Below are positions 37,907 to 48,600 of a stretch of 64,000 nt of DNA, in pieces. Each line of letters starts with the position of its first letter. Positions within the stretch are counted from its first letter, which is position 1. Both the position numbers and the translations under genes were made by a program. Source of the stretch: Squalus acanthias (taxonomy: Eukaryota); NCBI GenBank assembly GCA_030390025.1, contig CM059437.1:54250001-54314000 (forward strand). Reading direction: 5' to 3'. A model generated the notes under the pieces. That model did no database searches. It worked only from the letters and a program-made list of their open reading frames with translations, and was not told where the DNA came from.

Positions 37907-38379
37907 AACATCAACCGCACTACCCCCAGTCTGATCAGTATTAATTCTTAGCAATGACGGTAACATAACGTTACCATGATACATATGTGATTTCTTACAC
38001 TGATCAGTCTGAGAAGAGAACACTTAAGACATACAGAGCTTGTGATTAATGTAAAGGTGAATGTTAAAAGGTTTCAGTAAAAAAGTACAAGTGAAAATTA
38101 GATTAAATCCGGCCTGAGTTACTGCTTGTAGCACCCGCTTCGGTGTTCAGAGTGGCTGAACAAGAATATAAGGAATCGGACTGTATTGAAAATCAAAACT
38201 CTTACGAAGCCGAAAATCACAGCGCAGAACTACCTGGACATCCACAACCGAGGCGGCCATATTTTGGTCCTGAATTTATGTCATCAGATGATTTAGTAAA
38301 ATTTACACTATGTTCTTTCAATTATCGTCAGAAACACACGGACATGCTGGTCAGCCCTCTTCCTACGTTTCTGGCATAA

Positions 38380-39300
38380 ACGATTTGGACTCGGGAATCT
38401 GAAGTACAATTTCAAAATTTGCGGAAAACACCGAATTGGGGGATATAGTTAATACTGAGGAAGACAGCGAAAACATAAAAAAAGGCGTTTATTAAAGACG
38501 AATGCATTTCAATATAGGTAAGTGTGAGGTGGTGCCTTTTGGAAGGGGAAATAAGGAGTCACATATTCCTTGGAAAACAAGAGTCTAAATGGGGTAAAGG
38601 GACAAAGGGATCTAGGGGTACATATTCACAAATCACTAAATGTAGCAACAAAAGTTAACAAGGCCATAACATGCAAACTGTGCACTGGGGTTCATTTTTT
38701 AGAGGAATAGAATCGAAAAGCAAGGAACTTATGTTAAACTTGTACAGAATCTTGCTGCGACCACATTTAAGAGTGCTGTTTACAGTTCTGGTCTCCATAT
38801 TACAAAGAGGATATAGCGGCACTGGCGAAGATACAAAAAAGATTTACAATAATGATACCAGAACTGAGAGATTATAATTATCAGGAAAGACTGAACAGCG
38901 TGGGGCTCCTTTCTCTTGAAAAGAGAAGGCTGAGGGGTGACCTAATACAAAGGTGTTTGATAGGGTAGATTTAGAGAAGACGTTTCCACTTGTGGGAGAC
39001 TCCAAAGATAGGGGCCATAAATACGATAGTAGTACATAAATCCAATAGGAAATTCAGGGGAAACATCTTTACCCAAAGTATGGTTAGAATGTGGAACTTG
39101 CCACCACATGGAGTAGTTGTGGCGAATAGCATAGATGCTTTTAAGGGGAAGCTAAATAAGTGCATGAAGGAGAAAACAATATATGGATAGGCAAAATGGG
39201 TTACATGAAGTAGGGTGGGAGGAGGGTGGTGTGGAGCATAAACACCAACATAGACCAGTTGGGCCGAATTTCTGTGCTGTGAATTCTGTGTAATTCAATG
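38380..39300 (+). mobile_element. Degenerate CR1 fragment
   Basis: KFAE(N), LNLYRILLRPHL and RGNIFTQSMVRMWN remnants. Confidence 0.8.
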
Positions 39301-39574
39301 AATTGAAACAAATCTGTTTTACAAATATATTGTAACATTTCTTTCCCGAAATGTCAAACCAATAGTCATCCACCGTGTCTATAAACTCACTATTCCGATT
39401 GATTTAAAGGACTGCCCATACAATGTGCAGAATGCCACAATAGATAAAAACGCACTATTTAGTCAAATTTAGAAAGTGGCTTTGGATTGGTACAGAGATA
39501 TCGGACAAAAAAGACTAACAGCACCTGAGATCATGGAAGAGTCATTTTAACAGGTCAACACAAACGAATCTTAA

Positions 39575-39758
39575 ATTACATACTGCTGGATCCGACTGGT
39601 CTCAACACCATTCCCTCTCACACTGCCATCTACAGTCCACTCAATCTACACAACGCCCGGGTTAAAATCGTTCACCAAACACACCAGGGTCGCCGTTTTT
39701 CTTTCCCTGATTTCATCGGATGAAGGCGGAAGGACAGACACCGAGGGGGCCCGCGGAT
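39575..39758 (-). pseudogene. Ig light-chain constant exon, cluster B, disabled
   Basis: Acceptor TTCCAG|AT. Reads PRAPSVSVLPPSSDEIRERKTATLVCLVNDFNPGVV then TAG (39646-39648; GAG in cluster A), continues IEWTVDGSVRGNGVETSRIQQ, and jumps to the last codons through a 140-bp deletion. Confidence 0.94.
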
Positions 39759-42199
39759 CTGGAATGTAGAAAACAAGTGTAAGAGTGAGCGAAGATTCAC
39801 CCTTGGTCGCAAATAAGCTTTTTCGTAATCTTTTAACATTCAGTTGTTGTACAAACATGTTAGCAATACATTACAATGGAAGCTTAACAGCCTTCATTAA
39901 ACATGTATAGGACCCGCAGTTTCGAAAGTAAAAATATAAAAATATAACTTGAGAAAATAGCTGCAGGGGAATAACTGAAAATAAAATATTTGCTTTGCAG
40001 AAATACTGTACAGGCTGATTGCAAACATTTTCACGTTTCAACGGCGTTTCTTAAAGATTTTTGTGACTATTAATCCATCGCTTTGTCCAGATCAATACTT
40101 TGTGAACTGTACCAAGAACAAGCTGTGAAAGGTAATTACTGTGAGATTTACTGCTTGTTTACGCAGCCCTTTCACACCGGCGTATCTCAGGAACGGGTAT
40201 AATTTCGAGGCAGAATAAAATAATAAATAACCAGCGGCACATATTTTATTAAGTATATATTCTAATTGTCCCGTTAGTAGAATTCCAATAGGGTTCTTCG
40301 GATCTCTTGCCGTAATTTCATCAGAAGATCGGCGAAGCAGCATAGTCACTTTAAACTGTTTTTCTGGGGGTTCCGCCGAGCTTCCAGCGGTTCGAGCGGG
40401 AGAACACCCACGGAAATTATACACACGTAAATTTATATTCTGACCGGATTACGAAGGGCGTGAGTTATAGATTGCACAAGGCTTCAAGATTAGAATCGCT
40501 AATTGAGGAATAAAGCCGCTGATTTAAAAAAAATGAAAATCTCAAATTTGATCGGACTCAATATTAATGAAAAGAACAAATTCAATTGGTGCAAGATATC
40601 ACTAGGCTCAGAATTTAGGTTCAATCGTAAATGTCTAGACAGTAGCACAAAAGGATGCTGTTGAGCCAATCGCTCTTGTATGAATGCTAGCTCTTCGGCT
40701 ACACCAATTCATTCACCGATTTTCTCATTATTCCACAAGCCATGGATTTATTAAGAAAATTAACACTGCACAATCATTTTGGCGAAGCTTCTTCGGGAAG
40801 ACAAGTAGTCGAATCTACTCGTGACTATAAAAATGATTCCCATAAAAATATGCGCCTGTTTAATTCATTACTGTCCTGGATTGGTTGCCTATGGGAACAA
40901 CTTTCACAATATTTCTTAAGCAAGTTGTAAATCGTTAATTAATATTTTATGATCGGAATTATTATTGCCCCTGGCCGCTCTGCTACAGCCTCCCTTTCTG
41001 CGAGGTTTCTGTCCTGTCTGACTGTGACTAAGCGCTGTAAGAACTTTAATTCACTGTTGGAATAAGATCTCATGCTTGTAATATGGTGATCTGCGGCATA
41101 CCCAGCGTCAAAGAGTTACAAAAGGTATTTAGCCAATAGTTAAAGCAATTTATAACAAAATTAAATGAGAATCGCTATGGAAAACTAAATGTTAACATTA
41201 TGATTTCCCAACAATAACATTAAAAACAATCACAATATTGAGTCATATTTAAAATAAATCTTCCTGCGATACTAAATCTCAAATATAACCGATGTCCAAG
41301 AATGAAGACAACTGTCACAAACATGAGCTCTAAAAAAAGGACGCCTGTCACTTTAAGTCACTACCTGCATCAACATTTATTACATGACCTAGAATCTGTT
41401 GATCAAGCGTTGAAATAATAATAAAAATATGTTAATTATAATTAAAAGCACTTAAAAGCCGAAGCATTAACTCTTCGAGTAATACAATGAGTTAAGTGCC
41501 CCGTGCTCTGTGGAAGTATATGTTACTTTCACACTGTAATTATTACATTCTCTTCACGATCGGCAGCAATAGATATTTAGGAAGGATAATTTTCGCAGCG
41601 GCCGTCTTTCAGACCGACTGTCAACGCGATACAATTGACAACATGTACTGCATTGGTAACATTATCGGCACCACCAATACCAGTTTGCCAAAGTGAGAAA
41701 AACAATTTGTTCGAAATTTAGTACATGTCCTACGAGACCTGCAACTTGATGCGTCCCCCTTACATTATAACTTAGACGCTAAAATTACAAGAGCTTTAGA
41801 GAAGTGCCACCCGTGGTGTAAAGGCCTGGCAATAACTGAGTTATAGCAACCTTGACACAAGGAGCAGTTTGGTACAGAAATCTCTGCAATTCCGTAGGTT
41901 TATTGAGCAGATTCTGCTAGCAGTTTATATATAGTATTAACGCATTGAGTTCGAAACTGAAACCCCCTCATTCTATTTACACAATGATTAAGTTTAAGTT
42001 GCACTAGATTTACTGCTGGACCGCTGAAAATATAAGAGAGCGACGTCTCTGCTTTATTCCCCGCGCTCTAACAGATTGGGTCACAATGTAGCAGAACAAC
42101 TAAGTTTAAATGGCCGACAGAATATCAGCAGTTATCTATATTATAATTTTTTCTATCGCGTACATTACATCAGAGCAAGTAGAATAGCAGAATAAATAT

Positions 42200-42440
42200 A
42201 TACAAGAACAAGCACAGAGATCTGGAAATGTATTTCGAAGTCATTTCACAAAAATGGATCAGATTTGAAGGAATGGTAAAAGGTTAACGTTTCATATATA
42301 TAACCTTTCATCAGAACCCTAGCGAAGGTATACACCTGAAACGTTAGCGTTTTTACCTTTCTCTGCAGATGCTGCTGGACCTGCTGCACGTTTTCTGTTT
42401 TTATTTCATATTTCTAGCATCGGCGGTATTTTACATTACG
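42200..42440. mobile_element. Short Penelope-derived element with two oppositely oriented hammerhead-like motifs, in the J-C intron of cluster B
   Basis: Minus strand GGTT-CTGATGA...GAAAC-GTT-AACC (42282-42318). Plus strand degenerate CTAGCGA-AGGTATACACCT-GAAACGTT (42319-42345). The tail resembles pLTR 52595-52690. Confidence 0.65.
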
Positions 42441-43139
42441 GATCTGAATCTAAAGCTCTGCGAGCTATTACATTATAGGCACCATGTCAATCACTGTGGG
42501 TTACTACACTGTATATACAATCGATATATATTATAATTACTAGTTAAAACGGCTGCAAGTGCATGATTACCACAGACATCATGGATTAATGTTAATTATA
42601 GGGCTGAGAATCTTCCACTGGGCGTCTCCGCTTAATTTAGAGACTGATTGACGATAGTTACAGTGTTTTGGCTGTAATATGGTGGACTGAATCGCCCCTC
42701 AGTTGTAGAACCGACCCGCTTTTCATCCCATTGATTCAATTTGGATTTTGCACTTTATATTTTAACTCCTCTCTAACGATTGATAAAAGTGGGGCTATAG
42801 ACTCTGGGGTAAATTAATCCGAACTGACTGTCTGGTACGCTTCTCTTTGCGTCTGGATTTTTCTTAAATACCAACTGATGCTGATTAGCACGCTCTGCAT
42901 CAATACATGTTAAGTAATACACTAAATCAGACTTAACCTGACGTAATTTACCAGAAAGTATAATTTTCATGTTTCGTTTGGTATAAATAAATTGACGAAC
43001 ATTTTGGAAATAGAACAGAATGCACAGACTTGGACAATAATGCTTTTACGTTGAGAATAATTCCTAATAAAACGACATTGAAAGAAGAATCGAAAACCGG
43101 CAATCGAAAATCACACGGTGTACATTGCGATTACTTTAC

Positions 43140-43469
43140 TGCCCAGACTCAGCTTGGTTCCTTTACCGAAGGAACGTGCTGCATAACAGTAATAATCGGC
43201 GGCGTCTTCGGACTGCACGTTGGTGATGGTTAAATGCATCTTGTTACTCGATGATTCCACAGAACCAAGGAATCGATCGGGAATGTCCGAAGGTTTACCA
43301 TCGCGCTCACTCCAAATAAACACGGGAGCTCTGCCGGGTGTCTGCCAGTACCAGCTCGTGTACCAGCTGCCGATGCTGTCTCCGGACATGGTACAGGTGA
43401 TCTTGACAGTTTCCCCCGGTGAGGATGAGATGGACGCTGGCTGAGTCAGGACAGCATCCGTGTTTGTAC
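43140..43469 (-). CDS. Germline-joined VJ exon, cluster B, open frame
   Basis: Acceptor CACCAG|GT. Reads TNTDAVLTQPASISSSPGETVKITCTMSGDSIGSWYTSWYWQTPGRAPVFIW...IPDRF...EDAADYYCYAARSFGKGTKLSLG. 330 nt, phase 1/1, donor GTAAAG, no RSS. Confidence 0.93.
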
Positions 43470-43617
43470 CTGGTGAAATAACAAGTTTTTTTGTTCAGTC
43501 ACACTCGATGCAACTGTGAGAAGTGATTGCAATTCGGATTCATCCAACTCAAGTAAACAATAGATCAGTGCATATTGGAAGTAGAAATATCGACGGTTAG
43601 CACAGTCCTGTACTTAC

Positions 43618-43666
43618 TGTGGAGACAGAGCACCAGAACACCGAGAACTCCAACCCACGCTGTCAT
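43618..43666 (-). CDS. Leader exon, IgL cluster B (MTAWVGVLGVLVLCLH-S)
   Basis: ACAATG start, 49 nt, GTAAGT donor; homologous to the cluster A leader. Confidence 0.92.
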
Positions 43667-43740
43667 TGTGGAGATTTTGCCGAAGATCAGAAAAGAATGT
43701 TTCGTGACTGCGACCTGCTTCAGGCCCGTCCTGAATCTCG

Positions 43741-43846
43741 CTTTAAGTGGTTTTGGACATTGCAGCGTCATTTTACAATCATTATTTATGCAAATGTACT
43801 AAACATGGCACCCGGCTATTGGCCTTGTGATGGTTGACATTTGCGC
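43741..43846 (-). promoter_or_regulatory. IgL V promoter, cluster B
   Basis: Perfect octamer at 43788-43795, degenerate inverted octamer ATTTGCGC at 43839-43846, TGACG block at about 43757-43772, TTAAAG at about 43741-43746. Confidence 0.8.
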
Positions 43847-46149
43847 AACGCATATTCCAGCCATTTTTTCAAACTGGGTAACCAAGATAACAAAAACTGA
43901 AACAGGACATCAGAATGGCAGACAGGGAGTGAAATAAAAGATGTGCTAAACGAGCAATTATTCTAGGGTTTACTTGCCTGAAGATTGTAAGCGAGAAGGA
44001 AGTTTGAGGGAAATAATGAATTCCACAGCTTTAAGATCAGTATAAACAATGAACTCGAATGGGCAACTGTAGGATGGGTTTTGATTTCAACACAACGAGG
44101 AATCAAGGACGAAAACAGAAGGGGTGTACTCGGGGCTTAGGAGGACCAAGATAGGAAAGTTCCGAGGAGCATTGGCCGTATCCGTATTAAGACAAGAAAG
44201 GTTGCCAGGGACAAGGAAGAAGATAAGATTAGGAGTAGGCCATTCCGCCCCTCGAGGCAGCTCTGCCCTTCAATTAGAACATGGCTGATCTGTACCTCAA
44301 CTCCATTTACCCGCCTTAGATGAATGCTAGACCTGAGTGAAGGAACAGACCGCTGGCTTTTTCTTGTACGCGGTCGAGGAGTAGGAATGAGGGATCAGAA
44401 TTGCTTCTACATATGGAAACAGGACAAAGAATTTCACTAGGTGACCTGTGGGAGAATTACTTGGAGTGTATATAGCAGTAATTATGGTGGAAGATTTCCC
44501 CCGTGTGGTATGTGTGATGAAATCGCGAACCTGTTCTTCCTAAGTAACCGTATACACAGCGCCGAGAGGAAATCTCCCCTCTTCCACCTCCACGAACATT
44601 CATTCAGCGCGATGATACCAAAGCAATTTAATCTATCGTGCTTTGCCATGTAGTATCTTTAAATTGACTTCTCAAAGAGAGTTATATATATTTCACAGCT
44701 GATTGATGACTTAAATCGGCTTTGATCTTACATACAAACTGCATAATATGAGAAAATGACAAACATAGTGGTAGCCTAGTTGTTCAAATAAAATACATTC
44801 AGTTTTACTGAAAGCTATGCTCATTCTGCTTAACTAAATCTATGCTGAGTTTTCCCTCAACATATCACCGATGCCCTCGTCATGATACTCTATTGCATTA
44901 CAACGTGTATTTGAAACGACTTTCATCTACTCGTTTCACGTGATGTTGATACATTTGCAGTTTTTATGTTTAATCGAAAATAAAAATTAAGTCCGAAATG
45001 ATTCTAAAATTCATCTAAAAGAGGAACTTGCAGTCCGCTGATGGCCTTTATTGATCTGCAATAAGTGTTTTGTCTGTCGTCACCTACAATATTGCATTGC
45101 AGCGTATAAATGCATAACTTGCAGTACAATCGTAAGGGAAGTTAAAGTTCGAATTATTAGTAGTCCTAATTCTGTTCTCTATGTACAGAGTGGAAAAATA
45201 TGCAAAATAATTTCCTCATGTTGAGGATTCTAACATTAAATGGGACTTTTAAGTTTGTGTAATTCTTGTTTTTGGCGCTACCTGCTGATATTGAAGGTAT
45301 TTGTTTACTCTTTGTCAACTAGATTTATTTATTCTCCACCAGTTTTATGAATAACCACGTATTGGAAAGCCCACCCACCCAAACAGAAGAGCTAAGGCAC
45401 AGATCATAACATTTAGAGCTGTGAGCATGACCAGTTTTTTGGACAAGGCCTACTTCCGGCGAAGTGGTTTTTGAGCCAGCGTACAAGATCGCAGAAAACA
45501 CCAGCCTAAGTGGTTTGGTCGTTTTAAATTCCACAATACTATGTGCTAATTCGACCAATTCCGCCCGGATCGCGCTGATGTAAGTCGAGGAAACAAGCGA
45601 AACTCGACCCTAAATGTTTTACAAGCTATAACAAACCAGAGTCTATCATATAACATAATATATAAGAAACCACAACAGAACGGTAGAGAAAAACTGCTAT
45701 TAGCAAATGGCAACTTCGATACTTAGTGTTGTGCATGTTAAGTTAATCACAGTCGAGGCCGCAAAAGGATAGTTTGAACTACCGGACGTTTTTGTGGTAG
45801 CGAGGGAATAATCGGTCAGAGTTCCAGCTTCTGGTCGCAGTTCTTTGTTGGAAGTGCCCATGCATAGGTGTCCCACGAGGATAAAATCCAGTTTGGATGC
45901 TACGACCCCTCCTTCAGTAGCTGGAATAGCCGGGCACTTTGGGGTAGATTTCCAACTTGTCGCTCTGGCGCAAAATTGGCATCGCGGATTGGCCGCCCGT
46001 TATAGAAACGGCCCAATTTTCATTTCAAATCAAAGAAATACTACTGTGGGATTTTTAGGTTGATCTGAACAGTTAAATTGGCCGTGGCTTGACCTCTCAA
46101 CCGAAAGAGGGCACCTCGGACAATGGTTCACCCCGCAGTACTGCACCGG

Positions 46150-46557
46150 ACGTCACAAAGCGCTTTCAGCTTTTTGAAGTGTAGTCACTGTTGTAATGTA
46201 GGAAACGCAGCAGCCAATTTACGCACAGCAAGCTCCCACAAACAGCAATGTGATAATGACCTGCCAATATGTTTTTTGTGATGTTGATTGAGGGATAAAT
46301 ATTATCTAGGACACAGAGATAGCTCTCCTTCTCTTCTTCAAAATAGTGCTAATAGGATCTTTCACGTCCACTTGAGAGGGCAGACCAGGCCTGCGTTTAA
46401 TGGCTCATCCGAAAGACAGCACTTCCGACAGTGCAGCACTCCCTCAGTACTGTTCTGGAGTGTCAGCCTAGATTTTTTGTGCTCAAGTCTCTGGAATGGG
46501 ACTTGAACCCACAAACTTCTGACTCAGAGGCGAGGGTGCTACCAACTGAGCGACAGC
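46150..46557 (-). mobile_element. tRNA-derived Deu-domain SINE (SacSINE1-like)
   Basis: Minus strand shows an A-box-like CGCTCAGTTGG, a B-box GGTTCAAGTCC, then GTGCTGTCTTTCGGATGAG..TAAAC..AGGCC and GTGGACGTGAAAGATCC, as I recall for the Deu domain. Confidence 0.72.
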
Positions 46558-47369
46558 GGACACTTCAATTCACTTTTTACCTAGAGTTTACTGTGCGTTC
46601 CATGTACTTCAAAGGCTCAAGGAATATTTAAGTCTGAGAGAGCGGAGGAAGAAAGCAACGGAAGCAGATCTGTGTGGAAATTAAGGTTGCCCTGGAAGAA
46701 AATGAATCGCTCCCTCACCCCCACCCTTGTCGCCCTTGATAGCTCTTTCATCCTTTTCTGAGGAAGACGTAGCCTGGTCATTCTGTCCTATCATTGTGCT
46801 GTTTGTATTGCCCCTTTTGGATATATATAATCTGTTTTAAACAGGTTGCTGGAGCTAGACTCGTAGACAGCGCAGGGGGGCAGTTGGTGGAAGAGTTTGT
46901 CTGGGCACGGGGACCAAGCAAGGTACATTCAGAGAGTAGTAAGAATTTAATTCCTGTCTCTACTAACTCCAAGTTCGCCCCCTTGTCATCCAATGGAGGA
47001 GGGGAGGCGCTGCCAAATATTTGTTAACGTTGCTAAATTACGCAATGTTTTGAGTTTCTGTAAACACTTAAAGCAGTTGTTGCACAATTTGAGAATATCA
47101 TACATTTTTCACTGTTTGAATTATGATTGAATTTGATGCAATTCTAGCACAATCTTTAGATTTTGTTAATCTGTGCACGCTTGTTCATGTTTAAATGTTA
47201 AAGTTTAATAAGGAATTTGTAAAAGGTTTACATAGATATTGAAGAAATAAACAATTCAACATAGTTATATTTTTAGAACTGCAAAAAATGTTATATTTTC
47301 TATAAATTGATTCTACTTATCGTTGACAGTTTGAGGTTTAAATTTCTTGTTATAAACATGTTTTAAATT

Positions 47370-48600
47370 TGAATCGATCAATGCCCGGGCATCGCAACCT
47401 CAGGCGTGCTGAGTTGCGGGAGCGACACATTGCGTGAAAGCCTGCTCCACAAGCCGTGATCTGAAAGCCCTGCCCTGTCGGGCAGTTTTTTCCTGTAAAG
47501 GCTATCCCTCTGCTCGGGTTTCCATGCCACTGTATCCTCTCTCTCTATCGGCTCCTTTGCCAGGATGTCGATGTCGAGACCTTCTGGCAATGCAAAGTTC
47601 CGCAGAACGCAGAAAATCACCCCAATCCTAGTCACTTTCTGTGGGGAATACTGCAGTACACCCCTGACATAACCAAACACCTGAAGTGGCTCTTCAGCAC
47701 CCCAATTGCTCTCTCGACGACAGGCCTGGTGAACACATGCGCCTCATTGAATCTCTCCTCGGCCTCGGTCTGTCCCACCAAAACAGTGTCATATGCCATG
47801 GCAGCAGACGATACGCTTTATTTCGAATAAGCCATCCACCGGCCCGTTCATCTTCCCCGAGCATGCGGGCTATTAAGGAATTCTGCGCGATGATGGCATC
47901 GTGACACGCTCCTGTGTGCTAAGCATTAACATGCAGGATCTGCAAATGGACATCACATACAATCTGCATATTAAGGGAGTGGAATCCCATCTTGTTCCTG
48001 TAGCTCTGGGGGTTTTCAAGGGAAGCCTTCAGTAACAAGTGCCCCCCATAAATCACTCCAAGCACTTGGGAAAGCCAGCAACACAAGAGAAGGCCAATGC
48101 TCTCCATCTTTGCTCCGCCAGTGATATATCAATGCAATGAATTTGCCAGCCCTGCAGAACAGGGGGTCAGTCACCTGCCGGATGGTATCCTTCACTGCTG
48201 CTTGACTGATGTGGCACAGGTCCCCGTTGGATGCCTGGAACACCGCACCCTTAAAAGTTCGGAGCTGTGGTGACCTTCATCTCAAACATGATGGCCTTGT
48301 AGTTTGTGGATCAAGGCTGCAGATCGCTCCACAGCAATTCACTTACTCAACCAATTGCACACTTATTGAAGCCTAGATGGTGCACAACCAGGTCTTCTGA
48401 CATTTTATCGTAGTTGATACGGTGCCTGTACACACTGGGTAGGGTACCTGCGAGTGGGGTGCAATCTATTCCTGTTCTGCCTAATCTTTGTGCCTAAGTC
48501 TCCGGACCTCTGATCTTCGGAGCTCTCTATACTCTACCTCCTCCTCAAGCATTGCAAAAATCAGTGGGATAACCAGGATTTTTTTTTATGATTGGATGAT
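47370..48600 (-). pseudogene. Harbinger transposase fossil (another family)
   Basis: FQASNGDLCHISQAAV, YRNKMGFHSLNMQIVCD, LQYSPQKV..CVLRNF. Confidence 0.8.

Larger units (their letters stand above)
30548..37935 (-). mobile_element. Composite of CR1 fragments hosting Penelope element 1 and MITE 2
   Basis: LVRPQLEYCVQFW (30975-31262), FTDD, LVKPQLEY (36178-36579). The host sequence rejoins across both insertions. Confidence 0.8.

Noticed and set aside
43090-43125. Heptamer-like CACGGTG and nonamer-like CGAAAACC just 3' of J(B) as a leftover RSS
   Set aside because: The nonamer-like word is on the wrong side of the heptamer, and an RSS is not expected 3' of J.
16719-43666. Processed (retroposed) Ig cDNA or somatic B-cell rearrangement as the source of the joined VJ
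   Set aside because: Leader and J-C introns and promoters are present, both clusters are joined, and germline joining is the norm for this shark isotype.
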